A stretch of DNA of 64,000 bases from Promethearchaeota archaeon (GTDB lineage: Archaea; Asgardarchaeota; Lokiarchaeia; Sigyniarchaeales; SOKP01), in the NCBI GenBank assembly GCA_048939015.1, contig JBHLPW010000003.1:67628-131627 (forward strand), read 5' to 3'. Below, one piece after another: positions 58,177 through 64,000 of this stretch; the first letter of the stretch is position 1, and each line of letters starts with the position of its first letter. Made by a program: the position numbers and the translations under genes. The notes under the pieces are model-generated. The model did no database searches, was not told where the DNA came from, and worked only from the letters and a program-made list of their open reading frames with translations.

Positions 58177-59334
58177 ATGAGTATAGAATATAATAAACCA
58201 CGGCTCCTCTTTCTTGATAATATCAAGGTCCTATTTTCAATTCTTGTAATCTTTCAGCATGCGAGAGTAACATATGGAGGAACAGGTTGGTGGTACTATA
58301 TTGAACCTGCTCCAACTGATACTTTCAGCGTTCTATTTTTTATAATTTTAAGTTCAATTGGAGGTTTTTTTCAAGCTTCCCTCATGGGATTATTCTTCTT
58401 AATGGGAGGGTATTTTACGCCTAAAAGTTATGATCGAAAAGGAGTCGGTGCCTTCTGGAAAGAACGGATTCTCCGTCTGGGTATTCCTGTTGTTTTATAT
58501 GTAGTAATAATTAACCCTATTATGGTTTATTCATTAAATATTTCAGGTTTTTATCCATGGCCATTACCAGGATCTATACTTGGCTTTATAACATTTTGGG
58601 GTCCTATGTGGTTTCTCATTGTTTTAATACTTTTTACTGCTGGTTATACTCTTTGGCGTCAGCTAACCAAAATTGAATCAATACAAAAACTCATCCCAAA
58701 AGAATTTACCATTCCAAAATATATATATTTATTTCTTATAGCTCTTGGTTTGGGATTTAGTACTTTTTTGGTACGTATATTTTTTTCTATTGACGAAACT
58801 CTTTTGGGATTACCCCTCGCTTTTATAATTCAATATATTATGATGTTCAGTCTCGGTGTCATCATTGTTCGATATGATTGGATCAAGCAGATGACAAGAA
58901 GCCATGTTAAAGTTTGGGTGATAATAATAACAGCTTCGTTTATCTTATTTTTTGCATATGCCATTCCTGTTCTAGGACTTGAAGGAGATTATGGCATTTT
59001 AATGGGAGGATTCAATATACACGCTCTTCTATTTGCCTTAGTAGAGAATATCATTTGTGTGGGAATGATTTTCGTTTTACTCAAGGTCTTTTATGCAAAA
59101 TTCAACAAACAAGGAAAAATAATGAAAAATCTATCTTCTGGCGCATTCTATATATACCTTATTCATCCACCTATCCTTGTCCTTGTATCTCTCGCATTTG
59201 CTGCTGTATCTATTATTCCCGTTGCAAAACTTGGGATTGTGTTCCCTTTAACCTTCATTGCGTGCTATTTATTGAGCCATTTTGTCCTTGAAAAAATACA
59301 TTTAAGCAAGAACGCAAGACTTCATAAAAATTAG
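58177..59334 (+). CDS. Acyltransferase-3 family (OpgC/MdoC-like) membrane protein
   Basis: RLLFLDNIK, VIFQH, MGLFFLMGGYF, RILRLGIP, GPMWFL, YIYLIH. Confidence 0.9.
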   Translation: MSIEYNKPRLLFLDNIKVLFSILVIFQHARVTYGGTGWWYYIEPAPTDTFSVLFFIILSSIGGFFQASLMGLFFLMGGYFTPKSYDRKGVGAFWKERILRLGIPVVLYVVIINPIMVYSLNISGFYPWPLPGSILGFITFWGPMWFLIVLILFTAGYTLWRQLTKIESIQKLIPKEFTIPKYIYLFLIALGLGFSTFLVRIFFSIDETLLGLPLAFIIQYIMMFSLGVIIVRYDWIKQMTRSHVKVWVIIITASFILFFAYAIPVLGLEGDYGILMGGFNIHALLFALVENIICVGMIFVLLKVFYAKFNKQGKIMKNLSSGAFYIYLIHPPILVLVSLAFAAVSIIPVAKLGIVFPLTFIACYLLSHFVLEKIHLSKNARLHKN

Positions 59335-59372
59335 TAACAAAAAGGAAAAATGTTTAATTCTGATTTTTCAAG

Positions 59373-59960
59373 TTAATAATAAGGTACATAATAAATCAAT
59401 GAATATGGACCGAAAACTAACAAGAAAAGACCTATAGCATTTGTAATAATTCCCAAAATTCCAATAATGCTTCCAGCTTTCTCAAAATCATTATAAGGCT
59501 CAGAATTTCCTGCCTTTGAACTATTATATTTCGAGAAAATGCCCAATATTAATCCTCCTGCTCGTAAAAAAATATTTATAGTTACTATTATAAGTCTTCT
59601 ATTAAAATAAACATAATCATAAGGGTAATAGAAGAACATATTACTATAATAACCAATCATTAAAGAGACAATTCCTATAATAATAGAGGATATTGCCAAC
59701 CCAAGACATAACTTAGAATTTTTCCCGGGAAGTCCCTTTTGTATTGGTTTAGAATATTTAACAGGAACATAATATACTTGTGGTGATGGTTCATATTGAG
59801 GTCTTTCAGTTTTATAACTAGGTGTTTCATAACTGGGCGTTTCATAACTAGGTGTTTTATAACTAGTTGTTTTATAATGATTTGGAACTTCAGCTCCACA
59901 ATTATGACAAAAATTTTGATTAGCATTACTTAATTTTTCTCCACATTTCGAACAATACAT
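59373..59960 (-). CDS. Zinc-ribbon + low-complexity linker + three-TM protein
   Basis: MYCSKCG...FCHNCG; (Y[KE]TPS)n linker; three TM. Confidence 0.8.
   Translation of the reverse strand: MYCSKCGEKLSNANQNFCHNCGAEVPNHYKTTSYKTPSYETPSYETPSYKTERPQYEPSPQVYYVPVKYSKPIQKGLPGKNSKLCLGLAISSIIIGIVSLMIGYYSNMFFYYPYDYVYFNRRLIIVTINIFLRAGGLILGIFSKYNSSKAGNSEPYNDFEKAGSIIGILGIITNAIGLFLLVFGPYSLIYYVPYY
59808..59876 (-). repeat. 15-bp coding tandem repeat (about 4.5 units)
   Basis: Encodes YKTTS-YKTPS-YETPS-YETPS-YKT. Confidence 0.8.
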
Positions 59961-60603
59961 TCTTCTTCCCTTTTTAAATTTCTAATTTATAGTACACTTT
60001 GGATTATTTAATAATATTAAAAAACATACTTTTAAAATTATGGTCAAAATTGTTAATGTGTGTGGAAATTCAATTTACATCATCTAAGGTTATCTAAGAG
60101 AAATTTGATATGTCTTTTTTTTTGCATAACATTGAATTTATTAATCAGGTCTAAAACTTTATGTATGGAATAGATAAAATTTCAGAGAAAATTTGTATGG
60201 ATTCAATAATCTATACATTTGATATGTTTGACATGGATCATATAATAGGGGGAAGTGTTCCTTTAGTTACAAAATGCAGAAAAAACACGATCCATTAATA
60301 GTATTATTATCCAAAATCCAAAAGCTACAAATATAATTTATCCTAACTGATCATCTCTCCATGAGAAAATTATTTATTATTGACATTGTTTACATTTAGG
60401 CTAAAATTCTGGATGAAATATTAATGATTACGAAAATCTGAAGAAAAAAAGTTTTTGGGACTGATCATTTCAAAGCGAATCATGTCGAATATTGATCATT
60501 TTTCATAAAAATGTTTATATAATTGGCTTGCTATATTTTTTTATTAACTGAAAAAAAGATAGCTAAACACCGATTTTTCAATAAAATTAGTATGTGATAA
60601 ATT

Positions 60604-63600
60604 ATGGAGGGATCTGTATTAGTTATAGGTGGAGGTATTGCCGGAATACAAACCTCCTTAGATTTAACTGAATTAGGATTTAAAGTCTACTTAGTAGAAA
60701 GAACACCTTCAATTGGAGGAAGAATGGCTCAGCTTGATAAAACATTTCCTACAAATGATTGTAGCCTGTGTATACTTGCTCCTAAGATGGTAGAAGTCTT
60801 CAGAAATCCTAACATCGAACTCATGACATATCATGAGGTTGAAAAAGTTACAGGGAAACCAGGAAATTTTATGGTCTCAATTCTTAAGAAACCTCGATAT
60901 ATTGATGAAACTAAATGCAAGGGATGTGGGGATTGTGCCTCGAAATGTCCAAAGATTGAAACACCAAATATTTTCGATATGAATTTAGGCAAAAGAAAAT
61001 CCGTTTATATTCCTTTTCCTCAAGCAGTACCTCCTATTTATTTAATTGATTCTGAAATGTGTTTAAAATTAACTAAGGGTGTTTGTGGCGTATGCGAAAA
61101 AGTTTGTAAAGCAGAAGCAATTGATTTTGGGCAAAAGCCTCGAGAAATCAAATTAAATGTTGGTGCTATTGTTGTTGCTACTGGATTTGATGTTTTGGGA
61201 GAAGAATTAACCTCAAGATGGGGCTATAAATATAAAAATGTAGTAAGTGCTTTAGAATATGAACGTATATTATCAGCTTCTGGACCATTTGAAGGTCATA
61301 TTAAGCGACCTAGTGATGAAAAAGAGCCAGAAAAAATAGCATTCATACAGTGTGCGGGATCAAGGGATTTACGTGAAGGAATTCCTTATTGTTCAAGTGT
61401 ATGTTGTATGTATATCGCTAAAGAAGCTGTAATTACAAAAGAACATTCTGAAACCTCAAAATGTTATGTATTTAGGCATGATGTGAGAGCTTACGGTAAA
61501 AATTTTTATGAATTTACCCAGAGAGCTCAGGAAGAATATGGAGTAGAATATTTTCAGACTAAAATTAGCAGAATAATAGAAGACCCAGAATCAAATGATT
61601 TAGTGATTCATTATGAAGATTTAAAAACAGGAGAATTTAAAGATTTTAGGGCAAATCTAGTGGTATTAGCTACACCTCTTGTGCCATCAGCTGGAACTAA
61701 AGAACTAGCTAAAATTTTAGATATTGAGTTGGATGATTATAATTTCTTCAAAGAAAAATCCTATTTTGATAAATCTTTATCCTCTAAAGAAGGTATTTTC
61801 TTAGCTGGATTTTGTCAAGGTCCAATGGACATACCAGAAACAGTAGCTGACTCCAGTGGTGTAGCATCACAAGTAGCAACTATGCTTAATTCTTTTAAAT
61901 TTACTGAAACAAAGGAAAAAATTAGTGGAAAACCAGAAAAACCTGTTTCAGAAATAGATGCACCTAGAATTGGGGTACTCATATGTCATTGTGGAATTAA
62001 TATTGGAAAATATATTGATATTCCTCAAGTCATAGAACAGATAAAAGCCTTACCAAATGTGGTATTTTGTGAAGATAATTTATATTCATGCAGCTCTGAT
62101 TCTCAAGAACGAATTAAAGAAGTAATAGAGGAATATAATTTGAATAGATTTATTGTAGCATCTTGCACTCCTAGAACACATGAGAGTTTATTTCAAGAAA
62201 CATGTGAAGAAGCGGGACTAAATAAATATCTATTTGAAATGGTTAATATCCGTGATCAATGTTCATGGGTACATATGACAGAAAAGGAGCTTGCTACGGA
62301 TAAGGCAGTCGATTTAATAAGAATGGGTGTTGCTAAATCAAGATTATTAAAACCACAAACAGAATCAAAACTAAAAATCAATCAATCTGCATTAGTAATT
62401 GGAGGGGGTATTTCTGGAATGACTGCTGCATTAAATATAGCTAACCAAGGTTTTACTGTTTATCTCGTAGAAAAAGATAAATATTTGGGTGGAAATTTAA
62501 AGTATTTAAATATGTTATACCCTACTCAAGAAGATGCTTCAATTTTATTGAATGAAACCATAGAAAAGGTTTCAAAGAAAAAAAACATTCAAGTTTTCTT
62601 GAATTCTAATTTGAAAGATATTAATGGATATATTGGAAATTATAATGTTTTACTTAGCGATGCGGATAATAATGCGCATGATTTAAGAATTGGTACAATT
62701 ATAGTTGCCACAGGAGGTCAAGAATTAAAACCCAATGAATTTTTTGATTATACTTATACGAATCATAATGTAATTACACAATTACAGTTAGAACAAAAAT
62801 TAAAGGATGAAGATCAATCATGGTTAGGCAAACTTAATCACATAACTACTCTATTATGTGTGAACGCAAGACAAGAAAAAGGGATAACCTATTGCTCGAA
62901 CATTTGTTGTGAAAGTGCAATAAAAAACATCAACATTCTAAAAGAATTAAAGCAAGACCTCAAATTAATCGTTCTCTATAGAGATCTTCAAATGGCAAAG
63001 AAGGAATTTGAAAGATATTATCGTGAGCGTAGAAAAGATGCTATTTTTTTGAGATATGATTTAGATAATCCACCTGAGATAAAAGAGATAAATGGAGGTA
63101 CTAGTAAGTTCGAAATTAATATCTTCGATACTAATCTACAAGATAATATCAAATTTAATACAGATTTAATCGTTCTTTCAACGCCAATGGTTCCCCCTGA
63201 TAATTTAGATAACTTAGCAAAAATGCTTAAAGTTCCCTTAGACAAGAATGGATTTTTTCTGGAAGCTCATGTTAAATTACGACCACTAGATTTTGCTACC
63301 GATGGGATCTTCTTGTGTGGCTGTGCGCATTGGCCAAAAAATATTCAAGATTCAATATCACAAGCTAATGGAGCTGCCGGAAGAGCGTGTAGGTTTTTAA
63401 GTGCAGAGGAAATTACCACATCTGGATTAATAGCAGAAGTGGATCAAGACACATGTATTGGATGTGGAACATGTGAAGAAGCGTGTTCATATAATGCAAT
63501 AGAAATTACAGAAGTCTTGAAGGAATTTGAAGAAGTGAGTCTTCCGATAAAAAAATCTACTGTTAATTCAGGATTATGTAAAGGTTGTGGAACGTGTGCT

Positions 63601-63684
63601 GTTAATTGTCCAGTTGGGGCTATTTCAATAAAACACTACGATTTTGAACAAATTAATGCGATGATTAAAACCCTTGTAATGTAA
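60604..63684 (+). CDS. hdrA: Large (two-module) heterodisulfide reductase subunit A, stand-alone paralog
   Basis: Collinear with 43602-46643: GGGIAG, TNDCSLC, CSSVCCM, CHCG, CTPRTHE, LEAHVKLRPLDF. Confidence 0.93.
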   Translation: MEGSVLVIGGGIAGIQTSLDLTELGFKVYLVERTPSIGGRMAQLDKTFPTNDCSLCILAPKMVEVFRNPNIELMTYHEVEKVTGKPGNFMVSILKKPRYIDETKCKGCGDCASKCPKIETPNIFDMNLGKRKSVYIPFPQAVPPIYLIDSEMCLKLTKGVCGVCEKVCKAEAIDFGQKPREIKLNVGAIVVATGFDVLGEELTSRWGYKYKNVVSALEYERILSASGPFEGHIKRPSDEKEPEKIAFIQCAGSRDLREGIPYCSSVCCMYIAKEAVITKEHSETSKCYVFRHDVRAYGKNFYEFTQRAQEEYGVEYFQTKISRIIEDPESNDLVIHYEDLKTGEFKDFRANLVVLATPLVPSAGTKELAKILDIELDDYNFFKEKSYFDKSLSSKEGIFLAGFCQGPMDIPETVADSSGVASQVATMLNSFKFTETKEKISGKPEKPVSEIDAPRIGVLICHCGINIGKYIDIPQVIEQIKALPNVVFCEDNLYSCSSDSQERIKEVIEEYNLNRFIVASCTPRTHESLFQETCEEAGLNKYLFEMVNIRDQCSWVHMTEKELATDKAVDLIRMGVAKSRLLKPQTESKLKINQSALVIGGGISGMTAALNIANQGFTVYLVEKDKYLGGNLKYLNMLYPTQEDASILLNETIEKVSKKKNIQVFLNSNLKDINGYIGNYNVLLSDADNNAHDLRIGTIIVATGGQELKPNEFFDYTYTNHNVITQLQLEQKLKDEDQSWLGKLNHITTLLCVNARQEKGITYCSNICCESAIKNINILKELKQDLKLIVLYRDLQMAKKEFERYYRERRKDAIFLRYDLDNPPEIKEINGGTSKFEINIFDTNLQDNIKFNTDLIVLSTPMVPPDNLDNLAKMLKVPLDKNGFFLEAHVKLRPLDFATDGIFLCGCAHWPKNIQDSISQANGAAGRACRFLSAEEITTSGLIAEVDQDTCIGCGTCEEACSYNAIEITEVLKEFEEVSLPIKKSTVNSGLCKGCGTCAVNCPVGAISIKHYDFEQINAMIKTLVM

Positions 63685-63741
63685 ATTCACATATTCAAAA
63701 AAAAAGAATTTATTATTAAACTTGAATGGGATAAGACCTCC

Positions 63742-64000
63742 TTATTCAGGTGGTTTCATTCCGATCATCCCCATTGCTTCTACTACAGTGAAACAAACCT
63801 CAATGGTATATTCATATCCTTCGATGTCATGGTACATAATCATAGCGTTCTGTTGTCGCATGAGAGCTTCATTAAGTTTACCTTCCTTTACTTGAGCAAT
63901 ATATATAGATCTTATCTTATTTTTATCAACCTTTATTGCATTTGCGACTAATTCTTTTACTAGGGATTTATCTGGAGGAAACGCTTTTCTCTCTTCAATA
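63742..64000 (-). CDS. Partial hypothetical protein (C-terminal part)
   Basis: Open frame ...FPPDKSLVKELVANAIKV...YHDIEGYEYTIEVCFTVVEAMGMIGMKPPE*. Confidence 0.6.
   Translation of the reverse strand, partial: IEERKAFPPDKSLVKELVANAIKVDKNKIRSIYIAQVKEGKLNEALMRQQNAMIMYHDIEGYEYTIEVCFTVVEAMGMIGMKPPE

Noticed and set aside
60161-60298. 45-codon ORF in the long intergenic region before the third hdrA
   Set aside because: No recognisable motif or ribosome-binding site; could be chance or a decayed fragment

Overview
AT-rich archaeal DNA with many eukaryotic-signature genes, consistent with an Asgard archaeon (Lokiarchaeia-like; this is inferred from gene content and Loki-CTERM-type tails). 0-7.6 kb: a ubiquitin module (membrane C4C4-RING protein, ubiquitin ending GG-F, E2, E1, JAMM protease) coupled to three longin-GTPase fusions with degenerate G3/G4 motifs. 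7.6-21 kb: two parallel cassettes, each with a tandem-wHTH/TPR regulator, two copies of a conserved operator-TATA element, a secreted protein, a conserved hairpin and a Rab-like GTPase. 21-38 kb: MglA-like and Rag-like GTPases, an arrestin-fold protein and an FrhB-like protein that share a C-terminal domain, and assorted metabolic and membrane genes. 38-47 kb: an hdr/mvh/frh cluster whose first two genes, broken up in the ORF track, read through six in-frame UGA codons at conserved Cys positions (HdrA with 4 Sec, MvhD with 2 Sec). A eukaryote-type SECIS follows, and its AUGA core contains the mvhD stop codon. 47-64 kb: EutA-like, LuxE-like, Ntn-hydrolase, beta-helix, VOC, 3-hydroxyacyl-CoA dehydrogenase, acyltransferase and a third HdrA. 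No rRNA, tRNA, CRISPR array or transposase was seen. All assignments come from reading motifs by eye; no database searches were run.
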